Positions 42,021-52,458 of a stretch of DNA of 64,000 nt are shown piece after piece. The notes under the pieces are model-generated. The model did no database searches and was not told where the DNA came from. It saw nothing but the letters and a program-made list of their open reading frames with translations. The translations under genes were made by a program, and so were the position numbers. This DNA is from an uncultured Prevotella sp. (lineage in GTDB: Bacteria; Bacteroidota; Bacteroidia; Bacteroidales; Bacteroidaceae). The stretch is taken from contig CAMAGM010000002.1 in NCBI GenBank assembly GCA_945833995.1, forward strand, positions 1,301-65,300, read 5' to 3'. Positions within the stretch are counted from its first letter, which is position 1; each line of letters opens with the position of its first letter.

Positions 42021-43076
42021 TTATAATATATAGACTAAATTGGTTGCAAAATTAATGCTATTTTTCCATTCTTGCAAGAAAAACGCAATATTATTTTTGT
42101 ATAGCGACGAAAAATTACCACTCTCGCCACGCTCGTCCTTTTCTGCCTTTATGGTGAGGACCAAGGGCAAGTGGTCGCTGCATCCTTTCGGGTTGTATCT
42201 CCACCCGTTGTAGGTGCGCTGTGGCTTGCAGCCTCCAAATGCCTTGTCGGTTTCCAAAAGCCATTCCGCATCGTGTAACCTGCAGCCTGAGCTCATCTTG
42301 TGGAGCGACGGGCTAACGAGGATATGGTCAATGTATTCCCATTTGCCTTGGTATTTGTAGCTGCCCTTAGCACCGTTCTTTCCCTTAGCCCCACGACTTA
42401 CATTCACTATTCCGTGCTGTTCGAGCGTCGTCAGCGGAAGCTCGTCTGCCGAAGCGTTGAAGTCGCCGGCTATTACAATCCGTGCTTCGGGAGATTCATG
42501 GAAAATGGAATCCACTACGTTTGACATTGCCGTGATGGTTGCCATACGGCGTTGCTCTGACGACGTCTTGCCTCCGAGTCTGCTTGGGGCATGGACAACC
42601 ATCACATGAAGCGTGTCGCCACCTATCTTTATTCCCTTGACGTAGAGTATGTCGCGGGGCGGATGCTCCTCGAAGTCGCCCTCTGGTCTTATGCTCCTCG
42701 ACGACAATGGACGGAATGTAGGTCGGCAGTAGAGTAGCGCGACGTTGATGCCTCTCGTGTCGCGTGAGTCTGTCATCAGATACTCGTAGGCTCCAGCCTT
42801 TAATGGCGAGCGGCGCGAGAGGTCGCGCATCACGCTGTCGTTCTCCACCTCGCACAAGGCTATCAGGTCGGGCAACTGTCCATCGTCGCCACACGACATC
42901 AGTGTCTGCGCAATGTTGTTCACCTTCTTCCAATATTTGTTTTTCGTCCATTTCCTGTTTCCCTCCGGCGTGAACTCCGTGTCCTGTTTCAGGGAGTCGT
43001 GTTGACAGTCGAACAGGTTCTCGCAGTTCAGTTCGACTATTGTGAAGACAGATATTATGAGCGTAGCTATTCCCAT
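42021..43076 (-). CDS. Endonuclease/exonuclease/phosphatase family protein
   Basis: NCENLFD, GDFN and SDHLP motifs. Confidence 0.88.
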   Translation of the reverse strand: MGIATLIISVFTIVELNCENLFDCQHDSLKQDTEFTPEGNRKWTKNKYWKKVNNIAQTLMSCGDDGQLPDLIALCEVENDSVMRDLSRRSPLKAGAYEYLMTDSRDTRGINVALLYCRPTFRPLSSRSIRPEGDFEEHPPRDILYVKGIKIGGDTLHVMVVHAPSRLGGKTSSEQRRMATITAMSNVVDSIFHESPEARIVIAGDFNASADELPLTTLEQHGIVNVSRGAKGKNGAKGSYKYQGKWEYIDHILVSPSLHKMSSGCRLHDAEWLLETDKAFGGCKPQRTYNGWRYNPKGCSDHLPLVLTIKAEKDERGESGNFSSLYKNNIAFFLQEWKNSINFATNLVYIL

Positions 43077-43090
43077 GTTTCCTCCGTATG

Positions 43091-43136
43091 AAAAAAGCCG
43101 CAGAGAACAATGGTTGTCATTGTTGTCTGCGACTTC
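43091..43136 (-). terminator. Intrinsic terminator after bamD-rpoZ-DUF4293
   Basis: CGCAGA..AACAATG/CATTGTT..TCTGCG stem followed by T6 on the minus strand. Confidence 0.65.
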
Positions 43137-43163
43137 TATCTATTCCTTTTTCTTCATTGTTAT

Positions 43164-43616
43164 TTATCTTAATCTATCGGCTGCCCTAACGAGTTTCTCG
43201 TCCGACCATATTGCCTTATACGACTTGAAGTACATCACGATGGCGAAAAATGGTGCCCCGGAGGCAAACTCAAGCTCAAACGTTATGTTTCCGCCGCCAA
43301 GCACTTGGCTGAACACGCCAAACACTATGTACCAACCTATCAGCAACAACATGTTGAACACGCATAGGCGCGCTTGGAAGATGCGGTTGTGGAAGGTGAA
43401 GATAGAGTAGATGCCGAGCACCGACGAGAGCAGCAGTATGATGAACAGTGGGCACACGGAGAAATCCCTCGCGCCCTGCATGGTGTATATCCACAGGTTG
43501 TACTCTGTTCCCATGCGCATGCCCTCGGCATAGAAAGTTCCTATCGGGAGGCAGAGGCAGAGCACGCTCAGCACCACTGCAACCAACATGAACAATGTCT
43601 GTTTACGCTGTATCAT
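43164..43616 (-). CDS. DUF4293 family membrane protein
   Basis: MIQRKQT start and DEKLVRAADRLR end. Confidence 0.85.
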   Translation of the reverse strand: MIQRKQTLFMLVAVVLSVLCLCLPIGTFYAEGMRMGTEYNLWIYTMQGARDFSVCPLFIILLLSSVLGIYSIFTFHNRIFQARLCVFNMLLLIGWYIVFGVFSQVLGGGNITFELEFASGAPFFAIVMYFKSYKAIWSDEKLVRAADRLR

Positions 43617-43634
43617 TCCTTAAACCCCGTAAAC

Positions 43635-43967
43635 TTAGATGTTCTGTGAGTCCTTCTGCTGGTCGCGCCAGTAAACCTTGTTCTCAACAAACTCCTGGGT
43701 AGCGAGAAGCGATGGCTTTGGCAGTTTCTCGTAGTAGCGTGAGATCTCTATCTGCTCACGGTTCTCAAACACTTCCTCAAGGCTGTCGTTGTAGGAGGCG
43801 AACTCGGCAAGCTTCTTGCTGAGGTCTTCCTTGATTTGTGTCGAAATCTGGTTGGCGCGCTTAGAGATGATAGCTACGCTCTCGTAGATGTTGCCAGTGT
43901 CTTTGCACAAATCCATGATGTTGCGGGTCACGGTATTTACCGGAGCCTTTGATTTCTTGTAATCCAT
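43635..43967 (-). CDS. rpoZ: RNA polymerase omega subunit (Bacteroidetes type)
   Basis: GNIYESVAIISKRANQI and YYEKLPKP motifs; next to bamD. Confidence 0.85.
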   Translation of the reverse strand: MDYKKSKAPVNTVTRNIMDLCKDTGNIYESVAIISKRANQISTQIKEDLSKKLAEFASYNDSLEEVFENREQIEISRYYEKLPKPSLLATQEFVENKVYWRDQQKDSQNI

Positions 43968-44033
43968 TGTCCTTATATTATTATATTTTTACTTGTCCAA
44001 ATTAATCCAAAGATTGTGATTCCTTAATGAATC

Positions 44034-44095
44034 CTTCATTTAATCTTCAACTCTTAATTCTTAATTTTTAATTCTTAATTCAAAATTCTCAATTC
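44034..44095. repeat. (TTAATTC)n heptamer array after the bamD stop
   Basis: Four clean units plus degenerate flanking units. Confidence 0.85.
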
Positions 44096-44098
44096 CCC

Positions 44099-44926
44099 TC
44101 AGTCTCCCGTCACTTTCTTGCACTTGGCAATGAATTTCTCCGCCGTTGCACGTTCCTTGCTCTCGGGAAACTCGTTGATGAAACCATAGCACTCGTCCTC
44201 CGCCTCGCGGTAACGGTCGATGCGCTTCTCCTCCACGCTCTGCTCGGCAAGCTCAAACTTGCTCTTCATTATCAGGACGTAGAAATCCTCACGCATGCTG
44301 GTGAAAGGATAGGTCTTCAGCGTGTTCTCTGCCGTAACGATGCAAGCCTCATAGTTTGAGCCACCGTTGAGGCAGTTGCCGAAATAGTCCCCAAGGTTGT
44401 AGTACAGCTTTGCCGAGAGATATTCTTTCAGTATCAGCTTGTCCTGCAGCTCGTAGAGACGCTGCTGGGCACGCTCCTTATATGATGATTCTGGGAAGAA
44501 GTCGATAAACTCTTGGTAGGCATTGATGGCGCCCACCGTTGCCGTCTGGTCAAGTCGGGGCTCCGGGGTTGACTGGTAGAGCGACTGTCCGATGTAGAAA
44601 CAAGCCTGTTCGGCATATATTCCCTTCGGATAGGAAGTGAAATATTTCTTGAATGTGGCTGATGCGCTCTCGAAATCCCTGTCGCAGAACTCTGCCATAC
44701 CGAGCATGTAGAGACATTCCTGTGCCTTGTCGGTGCCTTTCTGTATGGTGACGAGCTCCTGCAGCAGTATTACTGCCTGATTGAACTTGCCGTTCGCAAA
44801 ACATTCCTTTGCGAACTCATACTTGTAGTCTATGTCGTTTGACTTATATACCCTGTTGAACTCTGCGGCGCAACTGCTCAGCAAAGCTATGCACAAAAGT
44901 GGTATGATGTATGCGTACTTCTTCAT
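44099..44926 (-). CDS. bamD: Outer membrane assembly lipoprotein BamD
   Basis: Lipobox LLSSC, TPR-like helices and RLDQT motif. Confidence 0.88.
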   Translation of the reverse strand: MKKYAYIIPLLCIALLSSCAAEFNRVYKSNDIDYKYEFAKECFANGKFNQAVILLQELVTIQKGTDKAQECLYMLGMAEFCDRDFESASATFKKYFTSYPKGIYAEQACFYIGQSLYQSTPEPRLDQTATVGAINAYQEFIDFFPESSYKERAQQRLYELQDKLILKEYLSAKLYYNLGDYFGNCLNGGSNYEACIVTAENTLKTYPFTSMREDFYVLIMKSKFELAEQSVEEKRIDRYREAEDECYGFINEFPESKERATAEKFIAKCKKVTGD

Positions 44927-45052
44927 CTTTTTCTCATTTGAGTGTGCAAAATTACTCATTTTCCCTCATATTTCAAAGTAAAATAGGCGTTTTTTGCAAA
45001 AAAGTCTGCATTTATAACGTTTATTACGCCGAAATTGTGTAATTTTGCATTT

Positions 45053-47095
45053 ATGAGCAAATATAAATTGACTTCAAAATACCGACCGACGGGCGATCAG
45101 CCAGAGGCGATACAGCAGTTGACCGATGGCCTGCGCCGTGGCGACAAGGCTCAGGTGCTGCTCGGAGTGACTGGTTCAGGAAAGACCTTCACCGTGGCTA
45201 ATGTCATTGCCAGCATCAACCGTCCCACACTTATCATAAGCCACAACAAGACGCTTGCGGCGCAGCTTTATGAGGAGATGCGTGGCTTCTTCCCAGAGAA
45301 TGCCGTAGAGTACTACGTCAGCTACTACGACTACTACCAGCCGGAGGCTTATCTTCCCGCAAGCGACACCTACATTGAGAAAGACTTGGCGATAAACGAG
45401 GAGATTGACCGCCTCAGGCTCCGTGCCGTGTCGTCGCTGCTGTCAGGGCGGCGCGATGTGGTTGTCGTCTCGTCGGTGAGCTGCATCTATGGTATGGGCA
45501 GCCCTATTGCCTTGTCGGAGAATGTGATAGAGGTGCGCCGTGGGCAGACGATGGACCGCAACGTGCTTTTGCGCAAGCTCGTACAGGCCTTATATACCCG
45601 TAACGACATAGAACTGGCGAGAGGCAACTTCCGTGTAAAGGGCGACGTGATAGACATCGCGCCTGCCTATAGCGAGTCGATAGTGAGAATCTCTTTTTGG
45701 GACGACGAGATCGACGCGATAGAGGAACTCGACGCAATGACCATGGCACGATTGGCACAGTTCGACGAATACCGCATCTATCCTGCCAATCTTTTCATGA
45801 CCACGCAGGAGCAGACCAACATCGCCATACGCCAGATTCAGGACGACCTCGTGCAGCAGATTGCCTATTTCCAAGAGCTTGGCGACCCCATAAAGGCTGA
45901 TAGGATTAAGGAACGCGTGGAGTACGACATGGAGATGATAAAGGAGCTTGGACATTGCTCGGGCATAGAGAACTATTCAAGATATTTCGATGGTAGAAAG
46001 GCTGGTGAGCGTCCCTATTGCCTGCTCGATTTCTTCCCCGACGACTATCTTATGGTAATAGACGAGAGCCATGTCAGCGTGCCTCAAATCAATGCCATGT
46101 TTGGTGGCGACAGAGCTCGAAAGCGGAATCTTGTGGAGTATGGCTTCCGTCTGCCCGCTGCTTTCGACAACCGTCCGCTCACCTTCGACGAGTTTCAGGA
46201 GATGACCAATCAGGTCATTTATGTCTCAGCCACTCCTGCCGACTTCGAACTCGATGAGTCAGAGGGCATTGTGGTTGAGCAGATTATCCGCCCTACAGGA
46301 TTGCTCGACCCTGAGATTGACGTGCGCAAGAGCGAGAACCAAATTGACGACCTTACCGATGAGATACTTACCCGAAGCCACCGCAACGAGCGTGTGCTTG
46401 TCACCACACTGACCAAGCGCATGGCGGAGGAACTCACCGAGTATCTGCTTGAGCATGGCATACAAACAGCCTACATCCATAACGATGTGGCGACGCTCGA
46501 CCGTGTAAAGATTCTTGAGGACTTGAGGGCTGGTGTCTATGATGTCCTTGTGGGTGTGAACCTTCTGCGTGAGGGACTCGACCTGCCTGAGGTGTCGCTC
46601 GTTGCCATTCTCGATGCCGACAAGGAGGGCTTCCTGAGAAGCAAGCGAAGCCTTACACAGACCGCCGGACGTGCGGCGAGAAACGTAAATGGAAAGGTCA
46701 TAATGTATGCCGACACTATAACGAGGAGCATGCAGGAGACCATCGACGAGACAAACCGCCGGCGAATGAAGCAGCTCCACTACAACGAGGTGAATGGCAT
46801 AACTCCACAGCAGATAATGAAGAACTCAAAGAGCAGCCTGAGGCAAGAGGCAGGGGTGGAGGAACAGCCGGAGAAAAAGACACAGGGCTATGCCCAGACG
46901 GCATACATCGGTCCCGCAGAGGGGGCATTCGCCGCCGACCCCATCATTCGCAGCATGACCCCAGAGCAGCTTGAGAAGAGCATTGCCAACACCACGAAAC
47001 TCATGAAGGAGGCTGCCAAGAACCTCGACTTCATCCAGGCAGCGCAGTATCGTGACGAGATTGTAAGGCTCAAGACTTTGCTCGGCGAGGAGTGA
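45053..47095 (+). CDS. uvrB: Excinuclease ABC subunit B
   Basis: GVTGSGKT, YYDYYQPEAY, DESH and a C-terminal UVR domain. Confidence 0.98.
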   Translation: MSKYKLTSKYRPTGDQPEAIQQLTDGLRRGDKAQVLLGVTGSGKTFTVANVIASINRPTLIISHNKTLAAQLYEEMRGFFPENAVEYYVSYYDYYQPEAYLPASDTYIEKDLAINEEIDRLRLRAVSSLLSGRRDVVVVSSVSCIYGMGSPIALSENVIEVRRGQTMDRNVLLRKLVQALYTRNDIELARGNFRVKGDVIDIAPAYSESIVRISFWDDEIDAIEELDAMTMARLAQFDEYRIYPANLFMTTQEQTNIAIRQIQDDLVQQIAYFQELGDPIKADRIKERVEYDMEMIKELGHCSGIENYSRYFDGRKAGERPYCLLDFFPDDYLMVIDESHVSVPQINAMFGGDRARKRNLVEYGFRLPAAFDNRPLTFDEFQEMTNQVIYVSATPADFELDESEGIVVEQIIRPTGLLDPEIDVRKSENQIDDLTDEILTRSHRNERVLVTTLTKRMAEELTEYLLEHGIQTAYIHNDVATLDRVKILEDLRAGVYDVLVGVNLLREGLDLPEVSLVAILDADKEGFLRSKRSLTQTAGRAARNVNGKVIMYADTITRSMQETIDETNRRRMKQLHYNEVNGITPQQIMKNSKSSLRQEAGVEEQPEKKTQGYAQTAYIGPAEGAFAADPIIRSMTPEQLEKSIANTTKLMKEAAKNLDFIQAAQYRDEIVRLKTLLGEE

Positions 47096-47199
47096 CAAGC
47101 CTAAAAGGCATAAAAAAGTGTTAATCTATGAGGTAAAGGATTATTTTTAGAAATAATATTTGTAACTTTGCCCAATATTTATAACTAAAACGTAAAGAA

Positions 47200-47823
47200 A
47201 TGAAGAAACTGATGATTGCAATATTGTGCCTTATGCCAATGTTGGCAAGTGCACAAGACAACACTTGGGAGCGCATCGAACTGGAAGAGACAGAGGAAAT
47301 GAAAGCCAATCCCGACTTGAAATACCTTGAGGGCGCAGTGCCAGTGGTTGACGGAAGGGTGGAGTTCTCGACCGAAATACAAGCCCCAGGCAAGTCGAAG
47401 GCTGAGGTGTATCGGATTATCCTGAAATATCTCACAAAGATGACTACCGAGGCTAACCAGACAGAGTTCAGCCGTGTGGTAATTGCCGACTCCATAAAGG
47501 GCGAGATTTGCGGAACCTATCAGGAGTGGCTCGTGTTCAAGAGCTCCGCGTTGTCGCTCGACCGCACACGCTTCTTCTACAACCTTGTGGCTGAGTGTTC
47601 CGACGGAAAGGCAAAAGTGAGGATGATACGCATTCACTACCTTTACGAGGAGGAGCGCGACCCACAGCAATACAAGGCTGAGGAATGGATCACCGACGAG
47701 TATGCACTCCGCAAGGACAAGCAGCACCTGGCACGCATCAGTGGAAAGTTCCGTAGAAAGACAATCGATCGAAAGGACTTTATTTTCAATAAGTTAAACT
47801 CATTACTCAACGATAAGAAATGA
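47200..47823 (+). CDS. Secreted DUF4468-like protein
   Basis: Signal peptide; YLEGAVP and AEEWITD motifs. Confidence 0.65.
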   Translation: MKKLMIAILCLMPMLASAQDNTWERIELEETEEMKANPDLKYLEGAVPVVDGRVEFSTEIQAPGKSKAEVYRIILKYLTKMTTEANQTEFSRVVIADSIKGEICGTYQEWLVFKSSALSLDRTRFFYNLVAECSDGKAKVRMIRIHYLYEEERDPQQYKAEEWITDEYALRKDKQHLARISGKFRRKTIDRKDFIFNKLNSLLNDKK

Positions 47824-48074
47824 CAACGGACAAAGAACGACAGATAGATGAGATGGTGAGGAGAAAGCTTCACCATAGCCGCCTCGACGATGAGAATCCA
47901 CGTGAGGTCATGATGCTGAGGATACGCAACATACTAAACATCATCTTCATGCTCCTCGCAGTTGTTGGCGCCGTGGTCTATGTGGCTTACGACGTGCCTA
48001 CGGGTGGATGGATTATCGGTGCGGCAGTTATAGTGAAATCCGTTGAAGTGGCATTAAGATTATTCAAAGTTTAG
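47820..48074 (+). CDS. Small two-TM hypothetical membrane protein
   Basis: Overlaps the upstream stop (ATGA) and abuts the next gene. Confidence 0.75.
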   Translation: MTTDKERQIDEMVRRKLHHSRLDDENPREVMMLRIRNILNIIFMLLAVVGAVVYVAYDVPTGGWIIGAAVIVKSVEVALRLFKV

Positions 48075-50435
48075 ATGAGAAGACTATTCACCATATTTGC
48101 GGCTTTCCTCATGGTTGCCTCTGCCGCGGCACAAGGTTTCGACCAGATCGACACCAATGGCAATGGATTCCTAACCGACGGAAACAGCTCGCAGCAAAAC
48201 CGCAACTTCAACAAGCACAACAACGACACCACGAAAAACAAGGAAGTGCCGAAAGGACTGAGGGTGTGGACCATCGACCGACGCTTTGGCGATGTCATGC
48301 CCGCCAAGCCCGACACAAGCATGTATCTCTTCATGAATACCATATTCAACACTGGTGTGCGTGGTGAGTACAACACCATTGGCAACAACTACACGCCACG
48401 CATCAACCGTATCGTGACTGACCGACCACTGACAGACCAGTTCTCGTTCGTACAGGCCTACGACTACGTCACCTTCCAGCCCGACACCTACCATTTCACC
48501 AATACACTGTCGCCACTGACCAACGTGAAGTACGACAACTGTGGCGACAAGACAAACGGTGAGGACCACATCGACGCGAAGTTTGCCGTAAATGCCAACA
48601 AGCGCCTTGGCGTTGGCTTCGACCTCAACTACTCTTATGCACGAGGCTATTTCGACAGTCAGAGCACATCGCATTTCGGTGCGTTGCTCTATGGCTCATA
48701 CGATGGCGACCGCTACAAGATGCATACCATGTTCTCCACCTATCACCGCAAGGCTGCCGAGAACGGCGGACTGACCAACGACGAGTATATAACAAAGCCT
48801 GAGATATTCGACGACCAGTATGCCACCAACGAGATGCCCACGGTGCTAACGCAGAACTGGAACCGAAACAATAGCATCCATTTCTTCCTTACCCATCGCT
48901 ACAGCGTGGGCTTCTACCGCAACGTTAAGATGACCGACGAGGAAATCAAGGCGAGGAAATTTGCCGAGCAGTCGAAGAAGGACAACGAGCTGGCAAATGC
49001 CGAGAAGAAGGACGGAAAGGACTCTAAGACCTCTAAGCGCAAGGAGGAAAAGGCTCCGCAGGGTCGCCCTGACGGGGCTGCCATAGCTGGCGAGGAGCCG
49101 AAAGCCGACATGGCTGCCTCTGACTCCACCAGGATAAAGGTGAACGACCAAGCCACGATGGACAGCCTGCTTCAGGCAAAGGCAATAGAGGATTCCATTG
49201 CCGCGACTATGAAGAAGGAGTATGTGCCCGTGACGAGCTTCATCCATACTCTCGACTTCAACAACTACAACCATATCTATCAGGCATACCAGTCGCCAAA
49301 GGACTACTATGCCAACACCTATTATGACACTAATGCCGACAATGTCTATGCCGGCGACTCCATATTCGACCAGACAAAGCTGACGCAGGTGAGAAACACC
49401 TTCGCCATAGCCATGCTCGAGGGTTTCAACAAGTGGGTTAAGGCAGGACTGAAGCTTTTCGCCTCACATGAGCTGAGGAAGTTCACCATGCCCGACCTCG
49501 TGGCTACTGGAGAGGACGGACAGAAGCAGGTGGTCATGGGCAAGTGGAACGAGAACACGGTGAGCATAGGAGGACAGCTCGTCAAGTCGTTGGGCAACAC
49601 CTTCCACTACAATCTCTCTGCCGAGACATGGCTTGCGGGAGAGGATGCGGGACAGCTGAAGGTGGATTTCTCCACCGACCTGAATTTCCGTTTGTGGGGC
49701 GACACACTGACGCTTGCCGCAAAGGCATATTTCTACAATCTCCACCCAACGTTCCTCCACCGTCACTATCACTCAAAGCATCTTTGGTGGGACAACGACG
49801 ACTTGAGCAAGGAGACACGCACCCGCATAGAGGGACTCTTTACCTATCGCAAGACGAAGACCAGGCTGCGTGTAGCCATCGAGGAGATTCAGAACTATAC
49901 CTATTTTGGCATTAGCTACGACAAGACAAAGACCGACCTTACCAATATGACTGCCACTGTCAACCAGTGTGGCAGCAACATCAACCTCATCACCGCACAG
50001 ATGATGCAGGACTTCAAGTTCGGCCCATTGCACTGGGACAACGTCGTCACCTATCAGAACTGCAGCCAGAAGGATGTGCTGCCAGTGCCTACGCTCAACA
50101 TCTTCACCAATCTCTATCTCCAGTTCAAGATAGCGAAGGTGCTTTCCGTTGACCTTGGTGCCGATGCCACCTTCTTCACGAAATACTATGCTCCTGACTA
50201 CAGTCCACAGCTCAGTCAGTATGCCGTGCAGCAGAACGAGGCAAGTCGTGTGGAGCTTGGTGGTTATCCCTTCGTCGATATCTATGCCAACATGCACCTC
50301 CGCCAGACTCGCTTCTTCCTTGTATATAGCCATGCCAACGCAGGCAGCGGAAACCGCATGCAGTTCCTCGCTCCCCACTATGCGCAGAACAACACCATTC
50401 TCCGCTTTGGTCTCTCCTGGAACTTCTTCAACTGA
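48075..50435 (+). CDS. Putative outer-membrane beta-barrel porin (Bacteroidetes putative porin family)
   Basis: Signal peptide, ENGG motif, C-terminal FGLSWNFFN. Confidence 0.8.
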   Translation: MRRLFTIFAAFLMVASAAAQGFDQIDTNGNGFLTDGNSSQQNRNFNKHNNDTTKNKEVPKGLRVWTIDRRFGDVMPAKPDTSMYLFMNTIFNTGVRGEYNTIGNNYTPRINRIVTDRPLTDQFSFVQAYDYVTFQPDTYHFTNTLSPLTNVKYDNCGDKTNGEDHIDAKFAVNANKRLGVGFDLNYSYARGYFDSQSTSHFGALLYGSYDGDRYKMHTMFSTYHRKAAENGGLTNDEYITKPEIFDDQYATNEMPTVLTQNWNRNNSIHFFLTHRYSVGFYRNVKMTDEEIKARKFAEQSKKDNELANAEKKDGKDSKTSKRKEEKAPQGRPDGAAIAGEEPKADMAASDSTRIKVNDQATMDSLLQAKAIEDSIAATMKKEYVPVTSFIHTLDFNNYNHIYQAYQSPKDYYANTYYDTNADNVYAGDSIFDQTKLTQVRNTFAIAMLEGFNKWVKAGLKLFASHELRKFTMPDLVATGEDGQKQVVMGKWNENTVSIGGQLVKSLGNTFHYNLSAETWLAGEDAGQLKVDFSTDLNFRLWGDTLTLAAKAYFYNLHPTFLHRHYHSKHLWWDNDDLSKETRTRIEGLFTYRKTKTRLRVAIEEIQNYTYFGISYDKTKTDLTNMTATVNQCGSNINLITAQMMQDFKFGPLHWDNVVTYQNCSQKDVLPVPTLNIFTNLYLQFKIAKVLSVDLGADATFFTKYYAPDYSPQLSQYAVQQNEASRVELGGYPFVDIYANMHLRQTRFFLVYSHANAGSGNRMQFLAPHYAQNNTILRFGLSWNFFN

Positions 50436-50591
50436 TTGTCACCACAATTCAAAAGGCAGCGAAACATAAGGACACGTTGAGGTGTTTGGATAGTTTGAAG
50501 GGTTTGAGAAGTATCTGATTATTGGCGGCATGCCAGCAGCTATGCAGATATTAGTTTCACACTAATTAGATGATACAAAGCCCAATAATAC

Positions 50592-50623
50592 AAAACGCCC
50601 AGGGTAACCCCCTGGGCGTTTTT
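50592..50623. terminator. Bidirectional intrinsic terminator
   Basis: AAAACGCCCAGGG-taacc-CCCTGGGCGTTTTT between convergent genes. Confidence 0.85.
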
Positions 50624-50804
50624 GAACCACAGAGGCAAGGAGTGAAGAGATTTATGGTTTATAGAGTATGTCGCAAGCTACGGAGTTCGCAGAGTTGCCA
50701 TACGGCAGAAATAATGCGCAGCCCTCTATGAATTCCTAATGCCTTGACATTCAATCTCTATCATAAAAATAAAACTCTTAATCTCTTTGTCTATGTGGTT
50801 CAAA
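50621..50804. mobile_element. MITE-like imperfect palindrome, about 184 bp
   Basis: TTTGAACCACAGAGGCAAGGAG ... CTCTTTGTCTATGTGGTTCAAA (19/22 inverted match). Confidence 0.6.
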
Positions 50805-50847
50805 TTACTTCTGATAATCTTATTAAGTATATTTAGTCAACCCACCT

Positions 50848-52401
50848 TTAGAATGTATAGCCAAGCGTGAGCATGAGCTGATGGCGCTTGTCGCTCACCT
50901 TTGCCGTCTCAGGTGCTTTTGAGACGTAGGTGGAGGCGTAGGGCGAGAATGTGCCGTTGGTGGTGTTGTACTGATAGGCGAGGTCGATGTTGAACTTGTC
51001 TATGCGGTAGCCAAGACCTGCGGTCACGCGATAGGTAGCGTCCCAATTGGTGTATGCCGTTCCTGAGATTGCGTTCCCGACGGAGTTGATGTCCCCCGGC
51101 TTGTAGCCATTCTCCTCATACATTGGCGACACATAGTTGAAGCCGAGGCGAACAGCCAACATTGGGTCGGGACGGAACTCCGCTCCCACTTTCAGTGTGC
51201 TGACAGCCTTTAGGGTCTTGTCGGTGTGGTGGTTCATCGCCTTGTCGCTTGAGCTTGTCTCGTAGCCGTAGTAGTCGTAGCCGTCAATCTCGCGGTTGTC
51301 GGTCTTGCCGTAGTCGGCAAACTCGTATGACATGCCCACTGCGAGCATGCTGCCAACGGTGTGGCCAAGGCTTGCACCGAATCGCCAAGGCGAGTTGAGG
51401 CGGAAGTTGTAGTCGTATTCCACGTCGCCCCCACCGGTGTAAGTGTCTATGCCGCCTTTCTCGTTCTCCACGTTCTGAAGATAGTCAAGGCTTGTGTAGT
51501 TGTTCAGCCTGAGGTCGTAGAAGGTTGGCGTTGCCACTGAGAGACCGATGCGGAATGGGCTTTCCTCCACAGGGCGGAAGATGATACCTGCCTTCACGTC
51601 GAAACCAGTGCCTGTGATTTGGTTCTCGTCTATCACGTTGATGTAGCTCTCGCCATCGCTTGCCAGTTCGGCATAGTCAGCCACGGAGTTGAAGTGTACG
51701 TCGTGTATTCCCACCGTAGCGCCGAGATAGACGCGGTCCTTGATGTTGCCGCTGATGTTGAGCTCATACTTTCCGACGTAGCCCCACTGCCGTTGCCTCA
51801 TGTCGTAGGCTTGCTTGGGGAAGTTTCGCCAGTAGCCGCCCTGCTCGTCCTCGGCGTAGTTCATCAGGTTGCTGTAGAGATAGTCGAGCTGAGTGAATTT
51901 CAGGCTGTTGGAAACTATTTCATCCTTTCTGACGTCGTAGTCGAACACGCGGTCGAGTGCCTTTGCTGCGGTCGCCTCGCCCTGCGAACTGCCATAGGTA
52001 GAGCCTTGCGGGTTGATCAACTGGTTGAAGTCGCGGTCCTTTGTATAGTTGAACGCGAAGTTGAGGTAGGAGTTGCGTGCCGTACGCATGCTATAGACGA
52101 ATCCCACTTGGTCGAAGCTGGCGTGCGTCTTGTCAACACCCTCGAAACTTGGCGCATCCTGTTGTGATACGATGCCGAACGTGATGTTTGCCGTAGAGTG
52201 ACGGAAAAGTCCGATGCCTGCGGGGTTGGTGCCGATGGTGGAGAGGTCAGCCCCAAGGGCTTCCATTGCTCCGCCCATGCCGACATAGCGTGCCGTACCG
52301 CTGAGTTGTGGTTTCAGCAGTGTTCCGTCGAGATAAGTCTCCTGTGCCGTTGCCGTCAGTGCAGTCATTGCAGCGGCGAATATCAGTGTATGTTTTTTCA
52401 T
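50848..52401 (-). CDS. OmpP1/FadL-like outer membrane protein
   Basis: GTARYVGMGGA and NPAG motifs; C-terminal GYTF. Confidence 0.8.
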   Translation of the reverse strand: MKKHTLIFAAAMTALTATAQETYLDGTLLKPQLSGTARYVGMGGAMEALGADLSTIGTNPAGIGLFRHSTANITFGIVSQQDAPSFEGVDKTHASFDQVGFVYSMRTARNSYLNFAFNYTKDRDFNQLINPQGSTYGSSQGEATAAKALDRVFDYDVRKDEIVSNSLKFTQLDYLYSNLMNYAEDEQGGYWRNFPKQAYDMRQRQWGYVGKYELNISGNIKDRVYLGATVGIHDVHFNSVADYAELASDGESYINVIDENQITGTGFDVKAGIIFRPVEESPFRIGLSVATPTFYDLRLNNYTSLDYLQNVENEKGGIDTYTGGGDVEYDYNFRLNSPWRFGASLGHTVGSMLAVGMSYEFADYGKTDNREIDGYDYYGYETSSSDKAMNHHTDKTLKAVSTLKVGAEFRPDPMLAVRLGFNYVSPMYEENGYKPGDINSVGNAISGTAYTNWDATYRVTAGLGYRIDKFNIDLAYQYNTTNGTFSPYASTYVSKAPETAKVSDKRHQLMLTLGYTF

Positions 52402-52413
52402 TGTACGTCCCTT

Positions 52414-52458
52414 TTTTAATTCTTAATTTTTAACTCTTAATTTTTAATTCTCATTTCT
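52414..52458. repeat. (TTAATTC/TTAATTT)n heptamer array
   Basis: Five units directly after the upstream gene's stop. Confidence 0.85.

Noticed and set aside
42017-42130. glmS ribozyme
   Set aside because: No consensus core is visible and the promoter lies only about 30 nt from the start.
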